A DNA stretch of 64,000 bases, from positions 26,571,387 to 26,635,386 of the forward strand of contig CM119266.1 of assembly GCA_051294375.1 (NCBI GenBank), given 5' to 3'. The DNA is from Paraspadella gotoi (Eukaryota > Animalia > Chaetognatha). The position numbers and the translations under genes were made by a program. Of the stretch, positions 19,487 through 32,468 are shown piece by piece. The stretch's first letter is position 1, and every line of letters starts with the position of its first letter. The notes under the pieces were generated by a model, which saw only the letters and a list, made by a program, of their open reading frames with translations, was not told the DNA's origin and made no database searches.

Positions 19487-22400
19487 ATGTGGTCCTGTTG
19501 CCGCTTGTCGGTCGGCGGCGCCAAATTGGCGCCCGACGCGCCGCCCGATGACCGACAGTACATCGAGCACGTTTACGCACCTCCCAAAGACAGTTCGGCT
19601 TCTCAGGACTCGAAACGGACGACGACGAGCCCTGGCTCGCTCGCCGCTTCTCCGGGCGCTTCCTCCCCATCGGGCGTCGTCTCGGCGACGTCAGCAAAGC
19701 CTCCCAAGACCAAAACGGCCAAGTACCGCGCAAAGTTCGATCCCCGGGTCACCAACAAATACGACATCAAAGCGCTCATCGGCAAAGGATCCTTCTCCCG
19801 CGTGGTGCGGGTCGAGCATCGCGCCACCCGCCAACCCTACGCCATAAAGATGATTGAGAAGCGCGAGGGCCGCGCCGTGTTCGAAACGGAACTGGGCGTG
19901 CTCCGACGAGTGCGCCACGTCAACATCATCCAGCTCGTGGAGGTGTTCGAGACGCAGGACCGCGTCTACATGGTTATGGAGCTGGCAACTGGCGGAGAAC
20001 TCTTCGACCGAGTCGTAGCCAAGGGCAACTTCACCGAGCGCGACGCCACCCGCGTCGTCGGCATGGTGCTCGACGGGCTCAAGTACCTCCACGCGTTGGG
20101 CATCACTCACCGTGACTTAAAGCCGGAGAACCTCCTCTACTACCATCCCGGAAACGACTCCAAGATTATGATCACCGATTTCGGCCTCTCGGCGACGCGA
20201 AAGCCCGGCGAGGACGGACTCATGACCACCACCTGCGGAACCCCCGAGTACATCGCCCCCGAGATCCTCGCCAGGAAACCCTACTCCAGCGCCGTAGATC
20301 TCTGGGCCATGGGAGTCGTCTCCTTTATTCTGCTCTCCGGCACCATGCCCTTTGACGACGAGAACAGGACGAGGCTGTACAGGCACATCATGAAGGTCGA
20401 CTATTCCTACAATGGAGAGGTGAGAGGAGAGCACCCCCTTTTTTCCTTAAACAATTTTTCGTTGCTAATTGCTTTAGTCGTTACTAATGACTCTTTAGTG
20501 AAGTGATATTTACCAATCACGATTCACGAAATTGTCTTCAACTGTGGGAGGAAGAATCAATTGAATTAGGAAAAAAATTGAAATTAAAACTTTCATCTGG
20601 CTCAGACGAGGAGAGTAACATACGTATTTACAAAACACTTACCATTGTTTTTAAGTTATAATCGTTCTTCCCTTTCCTTCGGATATTATTCTTTACTTCA
20701 AAAATTGAGTTTGATCGATCTCGAATTCTTCATCCTGCCCTCCGTAACATCTAGGTCCTCTGGACGTCAAGGAGGGTCTGCTCGGGGAAACGATCTTAAT
20801 GCAGCTGGCGGGCGCGCCTTATGTAGTTTACGTTTTACGTTTTACGTTTTACGGTTTATCCGCTTTGTTGAATAATGGATGATTTATAGGAGCGAGACAC
20901 AGGATGAGCCAAATGTTTACGGTTGTAATTTTTATTAATAATTCTTTGATATTTTTCGAAAATTTTAAAATTCATTACAATATATTATAAGCTTAATTAT
21001 AATACGAGTTACATCGAAGGGTGATGGTCAAGATTCAAAATAATTGAGTTGGTTCCGTTACGTCTCATTTAGATTTTATAGTTTTAATTCGACTTAATAG
21101 GTATTTTTTAATAACAATACGCTCGGAAATTTACAGATACAAATTTATTCAAAACCTTACCGACAGATGATGCATTGCTAGAAATAATGACAGGGCATTA
21201 TCTTAATTGGTTTTCTGTCATTTTTTGTTTGGTATTCGTCGGGCAAGACAAGGCCCAGGCTTAAATTTGTTCTTTGCTGGAGATCATACATCTTCTCGAA
21301 ACTGCTTCTCCCGCTTAAAGTTAAAGATCTCGATGTTTAAATTTAAGCGTCTGGATTTTCTTATACTCCCTTGCTTTATAACATTCCTATGTCGAAGAAC
21401 AGGAACTGACATTCTATCAACTCCAATTTATCATGTTTGAATCTTGCCCCTCCCCGCCGCCCATTTGATTGTTACTGAGGTGAATAGTAAATCTAAATGG
21501 TGGGGCGGTTCTTACTAGAATTATTTAATGATAGCAGTTGCTAATACAATATTTAAACTTCTTAATAACAGAAATATTACGCAGTACAATGAATCAGCCA
21601 AACTCTCACTTTTTTAAATTTAAATCGTAAAGTATTTTCCGTCGAAATTTTTTACGTTGACGTCCTGTCACCTCGTACAGATTTCTTGAAGTTGAAGGGA
21701 AAGACTTTTTAAACAGCTGCCTTCAAGTGTCAAGTATTCCTAATGGATATTGCACATGTTATTTCGAGAAAAGTCTTTACCGAAGGTTTAAGGAGAAAGT
21801 TTATCTCAAAAGTTGTATCAAAGTTTGAAACTTACAGAAATTATAACTCCTTAGTTCATAAAATCAGAAACGAAAGAATTTACATTACCTTACATTAAAT
21901 TAAAATATACTAACTTATTTTATTCTATTTTTTTTTAAACAAAATAATTTAAAGTATCACCGTTTGGTTTTAGCTCGCCTATATGAAATGTTGAAAAGAA
22001 ATTGTATTTTTTTACTGAATGTAGATTTCATTTATAAAGTTTGATTTAAACATGTCCGGGGTTTGTGATTCTCTTATTTCTAAATTCGTTCAGTTTTGAT
22101 AAGAAAGAATGTTCCTAACTTAAAGTATTCACGCGTTGAAAAATCCTCCATAGACTTTTTATTTGCGTTTTTATTAGCCGCGGAGGAGTCGTAAATAATT
22201 TTGGTGAACGTACGAAACTGAGAAAACGCGAAATTGTTGTCATTTTTAAATCAAGTTTTAAAAATTGAATTAGCCCAGAGTTAATTTTTGTTTTCTCTCT
22301 CTCTCTCCTCTTTTCTCTCTTCGTCGGGCAGCATTGGAAGGACGTGTCGGACCTGGCGAAGAACTTCATCGATCGACTGCTCACGGTCGACCCCTCTCAG

Positions 22401-22911
22401 CGCCTCACGTCCGCTCAAGCGTTGCGACATCCATGGATTCTCACCAACGCCGCCACCTCCACCCAAAAGAATCTTCATCGTTCCATATCTCAGGTAATCT
22501 TAAACGCTTTCACGACCGAGCGCGTGGCGGGGGAAATTTCAGTCTCCCTCATCAAACTTTTTTATCTTTTTTTCTCTTCGCTCGCAGAATCTGTTAAAAC
22601 GCCAGTCTTCACGAGCGCAAAGCAATCGCAGCGCCAAATCCACTCGGTCGAACAGATCAAACCGATCTGCTGTTTCCCTCCGCTCCCAGCACCAGCGCGT
22701 GCTTCCCGAGGAGCTCGACGACCTCGTCCAGCGCGACCCAGACTTTGCCTCCTATGCCCGAAACTTCCCACGAGTCGCGCCGCCTGCTCAAGGCACCCCC
22801 ACCGCTCCGTTTGCTGCGCCATTCGCGCCGGCCTTGACCGCGGCGCCTGCTCAGCGTTCGCCGCCGAGCGAAAATGACCCCTCTCGACTCGATCGATCTA
22901 CGTCAGATTGA
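19487..22911 (+). CDS. PSKH1: Serine/threonine kinase H1 (CAMK group); exons 19487-20419, 22332-22493, 22588-22911
   Basis: AKYRAKFDPRVTNKYDIKALIGKGSFSRVVRVEHRATRQPYAIKMIE, HRDLKPENLLYYHPG, DFG, and tail KNLHRSISQNLLKR are PSKH1-characteristic. Confidence 0.95.
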
Positions 22912-24275
22912 AAAGTGGTTTGCAAATTGAGGGAGGGAGAGGATGAGGCTGTTTGTACTAAAATCGAACCCTTGTGGGGGCGTGTTTTTTTTCACGAGCC
23001 GCGCGCGTTCCTCATTCAGTTGACTCTGAACTTTTTGCTTCTTTTTGAGTTTGTAAATTGAAATGAAAAGAAAAGTTTTGTGGATTATTTTTTTGAGGGG
23101 GTGTAGGAGAAGGGAGGATGAGGTTGTTTTAGTAGGAGTTAATAATGTTATTACTTACTAGAAGTAATATAAAATGAAATCCTCAAAGCGGACGTTTAAT
23201 ATTTTTCTATAATTTCATGAATAATGCGCTTGCCATTAACAACAGTTTGATCAAATGATTAATATTTGTTTTTTGCCTCAATGTATGAAGAGTAGATTAG
23301 CGATTCTACTGAATGAATTATTTCCCCCCTCTTAATGCATGCGATGCTTATTATGCCCAGTCAAGAAAGAGGCCAAAGGTGTGCCCCTTGCTTCGTTGTA
23401 CATATTAAAAAACGCAAATATTTATTTGTTAAAAATACATTTTTAAAAATCAGTTCTATTTAATGATTAACTTAATCAGTCCCGGAAATAAGACGATTTA
23501 TTACTTTATATTCATCCTGATCAACCGTTGATTTCTTCTAGAATGAAGTCAGCATTGGTATGGATTACTTAACGAGCAAACCCAGACAGTAGTTAATACT
23601 TTATGAGAAATAATTTCAAGCTAATTCCGAGTAATTTAGAATGTTCTATTTTTGGAATTTTTAATTGGGAAATCACTCTGGCAAATATTTAAATTAATGT
23701 GATTTGTAATAACTCCCTGTGCCATCCTAAAGTGATATAACATTTTCAATTGTTTCCATGTTATTCGGCACCAATCGTCATTTACCGGTTATCGTTCCAG
23801 TTTTTACCTTCGGTTTCTGTCCCGTATTAAAAAATAAGGATAGCAATGTAACTGCGAAACTTTTCAAAAAAAAAATATGTTGATTTATTTTTAATAATTC
23901 TGCTTTGAAGATTAAATAAATAATCCAGTGAACCTAGGCCGAAATAGTATTGTTTATTCATAATTTATGTAAGGAGAGCGAGAGGTCGCGATTTCTTGAC
24001 GGGAGTGCAAGACAAAAGATCCGGCGCCGAGTCTTTGACGAAGAGAAAAAAGATTGCAGTTCACTTTTTGTCCTCTGCTCTTCCATGAAACATTAGCGCA
24101 GGCAGCGTAGTCCAGAGGAAAAAGCCCTGTGCGTGACCTTGCCCATAAAGGGGTTTGCACCGAATAAGGACACATTTCATTCGCACGATTTTTCGGTTCA
24201 ACGGATATTTTCTTTTATTAATCTCAAAAATTCCCTGTTCTTCTGGATTTCCCAGAAAATCGTCGTCTTGTGAAA

Positions 24276-27200
24276 ATGGAGCGATTGACGGAGGTTGAAC
24301 TTTCCTCCGTCGTTTCTGATGATGCGAAATCCCGGAGCTGGGAAAGGGAACAGGAACCTAGCAACGTCGTCATTCAAGTGAGACGCGGACTCTGATCGAG
24401 AAAGCCTCACTCTTCCACTTATTTCAATTTTTTTCCCATTACTTTTTTGCAGGAAGACAACATATTGACCCCTTACGGTCATGTGAGGGTCGCCGTTCAA
24501 GGCTCAGTTGGAAAGCCGGCATTTGTCACTTTCCACGATATTGGACTCAATCGTAAGTGTGAATACAGTTGTACTTAGTTCTTATAGCTCTTAGACTATG
24601 AGCATAGGAAATGATTTTCTGCACTTTAGGGGATATTATCCTGACTATTCTGGGTTGGCAAAAACTCAGCCCACTGGGTTTTTCTGTTTTTTTAGGGTTT
24701 TTTTTAAAAATTATAGATAGCAGACTGTCATATTAATTCTTTTTAATATACAAATTTAAAATATTTATACTTCTTAAGTGATTACTGATAAAAATATATA
24801 AAAATATACTGATTATATTTAATAAAAGTATGAATTAATTAATATTTTTCATGGTAAACAAAAATGTAAATATAAATATTGAAGAGACAGGAATTATTGA
24901 TAAGTGTTAATGACAGAACCGTTCAATATAAGCAGTCCCTAAGCTTCGGATCAGGCTGTAACACCATGTTACCGGCGGATTAAGCGCCCCGTCCCTCTAA
25001 ACTGCTAGGCGACCACCGGGCTAGAACCCCGGACCTTTGGGTTGGGAGGCGAATGACTTGCCTCCGCAACTAATGGCCGCTGATGAACGGTTGGTGAATT
25101 TTAGTGCACCATACATCCCCCCCCTCCCGTAGGGAGAAGTCTGTTGTGTCTCTTCAGTGAATTGTTGTTGTTGGTGGAAAGTTCGTCACCCAGTTGAGGC
25201 ATGTCACCTGATGTGTTGTGGGCGGAAAGTGCATCGCCAGGTTGAGGCATGTCGCCTGTAAGTTTGTTGTTGCTGTTGTGTTCGGAAGTCAGGCTCACCA
25301 ATGAAGAGACAGGAATTATTGATAAGTGTTAATGACAGAACCGTTCAATATAAGCAGTCCCTGAGCTTCGGATCAGGCTGTAACACCATGTTACAGGCGG
25401 GTTAAGCGCCCGTCCCTCTAAACTGCTAGGCGACCACCGGGCTAGAACCCCGGACCTGACAATGACTTGCCTCCGGCACCAATGGCCGCGGATGAACGGT
25501 TGGTGGATTTTAGTCCACCATAATATATTATTTTCTGAATAAAACCTGTTATGAAAAAAGTGTATAAACTTAATTTTATTAGAAAATAGTAATTAAATAC
25601 TCAAAATAATTTGATATAAATATGCATAATATAAATTACTAATACATTAAAAATTTAAGTACATCTTTAGTACATGTTTTTGCCGAACTAACTAATAATA
25701 AATTTTGATGTTTGGATACAATATTTGAGTTAATAAAATATTAAGGCGTTTAATTAAGCTAAGATTTTTTCCTGACGTCAATATATTATTTTCCTGCATT
25801 CTCGTTACTTTACTCCTGGTTAAGTTTTTTTAGCTGGGTTTTTTTGGTTTTTTTTTGGGTGGGTTTTTTAATGCTAACTCTGTGACTATTATGGATTTCT
25901 TTTGACTAATAATGGAATAGCCATTCTTAAGACTTCGGCTTCGTTCGAATCTTTTTATGAAAACTATTATACTTTACTATATGCACTGTTATACTAAAAC
26001 TGTTATAATAAAAGTATTACATTAACCAACGTAGAAAAAACGTCTAAATTTTACCCTAAACCCTCCTAACCCTAACCAGTGGTTAGTAAACACACCTAAC
26101 CCTAACCCCTGTTGGCGAAAATAAAATTAACCCATTTATTTAATAATCCTGTTTTGACAGGAGAAATAGTCTTGTTATTGTTGAATTTGAAATAAAACTC
26201 GTGTATGAATCATAGAAACCCTTGTTTTTGGAATTGTCAGACACCACGCAATTCCAGGGATTCTTCAATTATCCCGACGTTCAAACGCTACTTAAGCATT
26301 TTTGCGTGTATCACATTAACGCCGTAGGACAAGAGGAGGGCGCCGCGCCATTACCTCAGATGTAAGTTTTAAACTCCGTGAACAAATTATTTTCATAATT
26401 TTTAATTTGTTTCTGTTTTTCGCAGAGACGCGGCTTCTCCTTCAGACGGACAACTAAATGATTCGTAAGTATTGCGATTGCTTTGTTGAGGCTTGAGTGA
26501 TACACTTCGTAAGAATCTTTATAATTTTCGCTTTAAATATTTTCGTGTCAAAAGCTAATCAGTTAAACCAAGAAATTAAGTTGCTAAATATCACGCCTTC
26601 TCTTAAGCTCACAATAAAAAATTGTGACATACGTGATAATAGGCAGAGCTAGTGTCGTACTGCCTGAAGCCGGGACCGACAAGATCTACATTGTGTTGTA
26701 AATTTGTAACACATTTTAGGCATAATATTACTGTCTACAGGCCGTATAGCATTAGTTAAAACTGCCTCTTTCGTATCAGTGATGCCGTTATTTTCATTTG
26801 CACATGTGATGTAGTGCAAAATTTGCTTCGGTTCTGGATTATCACGTGTTGACTTTATAACAAATAATATGCAATAAAATTTTTTCATCCAGAACCAATT
26901 TGAAAAAGATTTAATTTGAGTGGGTTTTCTTTAAAAAGTGGACTGACACGTCTAGGTAATGTTGAATTTACGTCGCGTGGTGCCCAACCGAACCTAATTT
27001 TCTGACATGACGATCATAATTTGCAGTCATTCAATTCTATAATTTTAGTTCCACAAAAGATATATCTAGTATATATTGAGAGTAGGTTAATTAGCATTTT
27101 CTTTTATCTCCGTTATATTTCCACTTCGTTTTATCACTTTTTCTTTATTTTTACTTTTTCAGGATGACAGGGGAGGGACAGCATTTGTTAGAAAGGTGTG

Positions 27201-30200
27201 GTGAAAAATATTTTTTGGTGCTGAATACCCACTTTCAACCATACGTGCATTTGCTTATTCCTATCACCATGGTTTCGATGTCCACCAGATTTAGAACCTC
27301 AGCGTTTTATTGCTTTGCTAGCTTTTCTGATATAATTTGCGTTTAATCCAGTGGTTTCACCCTATAAATGTACATGAAGCTAGTATTTCATGAAATATTC
27401 TTTAGGTTTCCATTTCTCAAAGTAAATGCAACGCTGTTGGTTTTTAATCCATCATAATATCCGAGTATGTTTAAAATCGGGGGCTGAAACTTCAATTTTA
27501 TTATGAACCAATGATTTTTTACCTTTCTGATTTGGAAGACGTTAATAACTCAGAATGGTGGTGTGCAGAGAGCACTTTGAAATTTTATAGCATTTTAAAT
27601 GACCTGGGATTCATTCAAATACGAACTTGAAATTCTACAGAACTCTAAAAATCCAAACTCGACCCAAGATAGTCGGGATCTTGTGGCCTCCGAATTTTCT
27701 GAATGTACTCTTTTGTGACCTAACTTTTCTCACTTAACCTTTCTTGTCACCAAAATAATGTAAATTTATCACTTGAAGTCTTTGTCATGTCTTAAGTGTA
27801 TTCTGTTTTCTTATTTAAATATTAAACTGTTAAAACCCAACCATAAAATAAGTTTATTTTGAAAATGTGAATATCGTAAGAGCTGCGACGTGATAAAAAC
27901 CTATTGGTTTTTATATCAATGTCAGAAAACTATAAACTAAAAATGTTTTTTTTAATACTGCGCTCTTAAAATTAATTTTATTCAATGGACAATAGATTTT
28001 AATTTCTACCTAACGCGAAACAACCAGTTCCTTTATTCTTAACTTTTTTCAGTTAACTTTTATTCTTTATTTTTTTTATATTTTTCTGTAATTTTCGTAT
28101 TTGCAAAAATTAATTTTTTAATATTTTGTGTATGAGTTAATAACTAATACTTTTTAGGCTAGATATATACTGTTTAATTAAAAAAAAGGATCTGGTCTTT
28201 CGTGCGTAAGTACTCTATTGCGCTAAGGAGTGCAGGATAAATATTTTAAGGACATGCCTGCATTATCTTAAGGCTAAGCTATGAAATTAATTTTTTTTAT
28301 CGCGTTATTTCGATCTCCTGTGCTCTTAACCTTTTTTCTTTTTCACCACGCACAATCGAAGTTAGTTGTAAATCAAGAAATAATGATTTTACTGAATGTA
28401 TAGTGTAGAAATAATCTCTCTCTTTTACAAGCCTTACTTAGCATTATTTTTTATTTAAAAAGGTACCGTTATCCTACAATGGATCAGTTGGCGGAAACTA
28501 TTGGATTTGTAATGGATTTTTACAGGTAGAATTTTTAAGAATTTGCTCTAATATGCTAAAATTTTATTTACATTTGTTTTTAATTAAAAATGCTGCATAA
28601 TTTTACTTTCGTTCACTGGGGTTAGGGGGGGTTAAGGTTAAAGGGTTTAAGGTTAGGGTAATTATTTTTAGTCAATTTTAAAAAAAAAAATTTTGGACTG
28701 GTAACCTTTGGCCTTAGCGACATTGCCTTTGGTTTAACTCTCTTACCCCCAGTCCTATGTAAAACTAATTGACGCACATTTATCATTTTAAATTTGTTCA
28801 GTCTCAAAACTGTGATGGGGCTTGGAGTTGGAATGGGAGCCAACGTTTTATGCCGATTTGCAGTAAGTCAAAATATATCGAGATTCGCTTAAGATACTTA
28901 AGAATTTATATATTTATAATATTTAATTTTAATTCTGTTTATAATAAATTTATAGATAAAGAATACAAAGCGAATCTCAGCTTTGATTGTCATTAATACA
29001 TCGGGAACACAATCTGGATGGATAGAATGGGGATATCAGAAGGTAAAAAAATTTTGAACTTGTACCAATTTCATATTTACATACTAAATATGATATAACT
29101 AATATAAAATTATTTATGTATGCAACTATGCATGTATGAAAATGGTACAACCAATTTGAAATAATCTATTTATTCTGTTAATAACTACTCTATCTTGCCC
29201 CTGATTGGAATAGGAGATGACAAGTGTGGAAATATTCCACTTTATTATCAAGTTCGAAGTATATTTAACATTTAAACATCTCTTATGATTCTTAATTTAT
29301 TTATTGTTAGTTGAGCAACCGTTATCTACAAAAATATGGAATGAATTCGTTTACGCAAGATTACTTGATGTGGCATCATTTTGGTTATAAAACTATGGAA
29401 GAAAACGTTGATTTGGTGAACTTTTATCGAGATACGCTTATGAAATCGGTGCATCCGTATAATTTGTCTCTTTTGGTGGAAGCTTATGTATGGAGGACTG
29501 ATCTCGGATTGGATAGAGCGTCAACAGGTCCTTCGGCGTGAGCTTGACATTCTGATTGAATTTTTTTTCTTTACCCGATACTAGTTTATATGGTATAAAT
29601 TAAAAAAAATTTTCCGTGATCATTTTTCAGTTACTTTTTCACTAATTTAATCACGCAGGATCTGAAAAAAATCAAATCAGTTGTCCGGTGATGAATGTAG
29701 TTGGCGATAACTCTCCACACATAGACGATACGATGTGGTTTAATGGAAGACTAGATCCTACCAAATCCAGTTTTATTAAAGTGAGTTTTGGCCGTGATAT
29801 AATTCTATAATATATTATATAATTCAAACATACTGCAATTTGTTGTTTTGATTTTATCTCAGTTTTCCGATTGCGGTGGGATGGTTCTTGAAGAAGTTCC
29901 TCAAAAAATATCCGAATCACTACTATTATTTCTTCAAGGACTTGGATATGGTAAGTCATTATTTATAAAGGATGACAAATACATTGAATGTAGATAAATA
30001 CGATAATTATGAATAATTAAGTAGCGAAGGAGTCCAACAATACTATGACTTGTGGGTAAACTTTTACATACACTGTTTAAGATTTTCCAGTCGGTGATTT
30101 TTCCAAATGAAACTTCATACATTTCTGAGAAAACTTTCAATGGACCCAAAATATTCTAAATGGCTAAAAGCATTAGTAATTAATTTTTTAATATTTATTT

Positions 30201-31026
30201 ATAGATAGGAAATGTCAAAAAATTTTTTTGAATTTTTTATTTTAAAAGCAGAATCAAATAGCTTATGAAAAGTTATCTAGTATAATTCTTTTTTCAATAT
30301 TTTGATAATAAGTGGGTTAAAATTGGGAAAAACCTTAAAAATCATCAATCATATCCGATGATTTTAGTAGTTTTTACTAATTTTTAGTAATAAAACATCA
30401 AAATTTTAAAAAGTTGTAATTATATTTTTTGCTCAACTTTTTAAGCTCTATCAGAATCAATTAAAAAAACTTAAAATATCAAAAAAAATTTTTGACATTA
30501 TATAGCAATATAATAATATTAATTAGCGAATTACTCATGGTTCGGAACATTTTTGCAAAAAACATATTTTAACACAATAATTAATACAAATAATGGATTA
30601 GTTTAATGCTGTCCCATTAAAATTTGAATTTGGTCGGCTACCGCTAGTTAAGGGTAGTTTAGGGGTAGGGTTGGTGAGGGTTAAAAGGGTTTGGGTTAGG
30701 GCAATTAGGTAATATTTTTTTAAAAGTTTTAAAAAAAATATATGTATTTTTAAGTAATTTTTCAAAACCGCGGACGGTGAAAGTAAAATTTAGCCACTTA
30801 TTTTTTTTAGAAAAAAATTTAAAAAAATATTATTTAACATTTTTAACCTTAACTTCCCCTCACCTTAAACTACCATAAACTGTCGGCGAAAGTAAAATTA
30901 ATCCAATAAGTCTAACTTGTGGTATACATATGTAATGTAATATTTGTAGTCACTGTATTTTATTGCGAGTCCGTCCCAACGATGACTGAGGGAGAACCGA
31001 GTATGAGACGTCGACTTACATTTTGA
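24276..31026 (+). CDS. NDRG: NDRG family alpha/beta-hydrolase-fold protein, about 12 exons
   Basis: TFHDIGLNH, HFCVYHINAVGQEEGA, YPTMDQLAE, GLGVGMGANVLCRFA, GWIEWGYQK, RTDL, VVGDNSP, RLDPTKS, DCGGMVLEEVPQK...FLQGLGY; last exon 30950-31026 less certain. Confidence 0.92.
24880..25522 (-). mobile_element. Miniature LTR retroelement (TRIM)
   Basis: Direct repeats 25522-25302 and 25115-24880 (the latter TG...CA); PBS-like TGGTGAGCCTGAC 25300-25288 one nt after the 5' LTR; polypurine tract GGGAGGGGGGGGA 25128-25116 abutting the 3' LTR; ATAT on both flanks. Confidence 0.8.
25008..25080 (-). pseudogene. tRNA-like sequence inside the LTR (Gly-CCC-like loop, broken anticodon stem)
   Basis: 73 nt: acceptor stem GCGGCCA/TGGTCGC, T-arm CCGGG-GTTCTAG-CCCGG (B-box-like), loop CTCCCAA; the other LTR copy has a deletion in the anticodon arm. 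Confidence 0.6.
30098..30651. repeat. Dispersed AT-rich repeat, copy 2, in NDRG intron
   Basis: Colinear with 15935-16422. Confidence 0.75.
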
Positions 31027-31677
31027 TTTAAAGAAGTAGTTTCGAATTCGTTGTTCAGATGTTTTATCTATCTATATTACACCGATGTACCCTCTAGTGG
31101 GTGTTTCATTAAACGAGAGGTTTCTCAGGTTTTAATGTGATCAAAATTGTTGGCTTTTTTTCGATAATCCGAAAAATCACTACAAAATTGCTGTAAAGTC
31201 GTGAACTTGGTGTCTCGACATCTAATATTTTACGTAATTTAAAAAAAAGGTCCGGTTTGAAAATTTCAACTAACTTTCTCCGTTAACACTTTCTCTTCTT
31301 TTTCATCGAACGTTGAAAGATGTCTCATGAAATATTTAAGTTATACAGCAACATTATATTCAGCGTTAATAACAAAACAATATTCACATATTCTACAAAC
31401 ATGTAAATTAATTCGCATTACAATTACAAAAAATTCGTGAAAAACTCATAACAAATAAGTTTCAAGCGAATAAGTTCAGGATTTTACACAAATATGAGAG
31501 AATCAGGGGTATAGCTAAAAATATCAGTAACATTTTGGACAACGTTTTCATATTAATAAATACCACAGAATAAACGTAACCCTCACAGAGGCTACTAAAT
31601 GCGGCGTAGCCTCTCGTTAGCTGGCATCATTTGTTGCGGTTTTTTTCCTCACATTTATGAAGGAGCTTTGACTTCGC

Positions 31678-32468
31678 TTAAAGTATGACGCAATGAGCCG
31701 TCACTTGCTGCCCCGTGTTGGGGTCGTACCATTCGCTGTCAGTCTTGGGTCCTCCGTTGTGGCATGGAAAGGCCGGGGCCGACGTAGAGCCGTCCGCGGC
31801 TCTTACGCCGCCGCGTTCCATGGTGCCGATCTGGCCCATAGTCTGGACGCTTAAATCACCGCAACCGTTGAGGGTGTCGCCCCGTGATTCCAGGGCGGAC
31901 TTCAACGCCGTCAGGTCGTTCCCCACGACTTGAATCTGCGGTTGGTGAAATAGGAGCCGTGTCAACAGTGAAGGGGGAGGGAAAACTGCGGCCCCTTCGA
32001 TTAAAAAGGGTCCACCGCTTCTTTTTTTTATCCTTTCAACCGATTTAAACTCACGCTTTATGCGAAACCTACACAGCTTTAACTTAAGTCAACATCCCTG
32101 GACCCACCACCTAAAGCTTTGTCGTTTTTTATTCTTGTAGACAATTCTTGGAAAGGAGAATGCATTTTTATTTAATTACCCCCGGCTAAAAACTGAAAAA
32201 CTATATATTTATTTGACGGTGTCAAGGTATTCTCCCAACATATGTACATTCTCTAAATTTAAGCTATTACATTAATCAAAACATGTATCTTGGCTATAAT
32301 GTAAAAAATAATCTCAGGAAATTATTTTTGACGGAGGTGTTAAAGACCTCTTGACCCTTATGAGCCAATAAACTAAGACGACAACGACGATTAAAAAAAA
32401 AGACTTACCCGAGTAGCCGCTCTCGAGCAAGGATCCTTATCCGGGTAGGTGAGTCCAATTCCCGACAT
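31678..32468 (-). CDS. 105-aa orphan protein with C-terminal CaaX box (CVIL); exons 32468-32409, 31935-31678
   Basis: ATG, consensus donor CGG|GTAAGT, acceptor caaccgcag|, phase 0, GC-rich exons; MSGIGLTYPDKDPCSRAATR/IQVVGNDL...TAHCVIL*. Confidence 0.75.

Larger units (their letters stand above)
24650..25882. mobile_element. Non-autonomous hAT-type element in NDRG intron, host of the nested TRIM
   Basis: Exact 8-bp target duplication TGACTATT (24642-24649, 25883-25890) around imperfect TIRs ctgggttggca / tgctaactctg. Confidence 0.75.

Noticed and set aside
19335-20434. Long overlapping and antisense ORFs over PSKH1 (likewise over SMAD 50385-51191)
   Set aside because: Expected shadows of GC3-rich coding exons
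25008-25080. Functional tRNA-Gly gene
   Set aside because: Anticodon and D stems are mismatched and it lies inside an LTR
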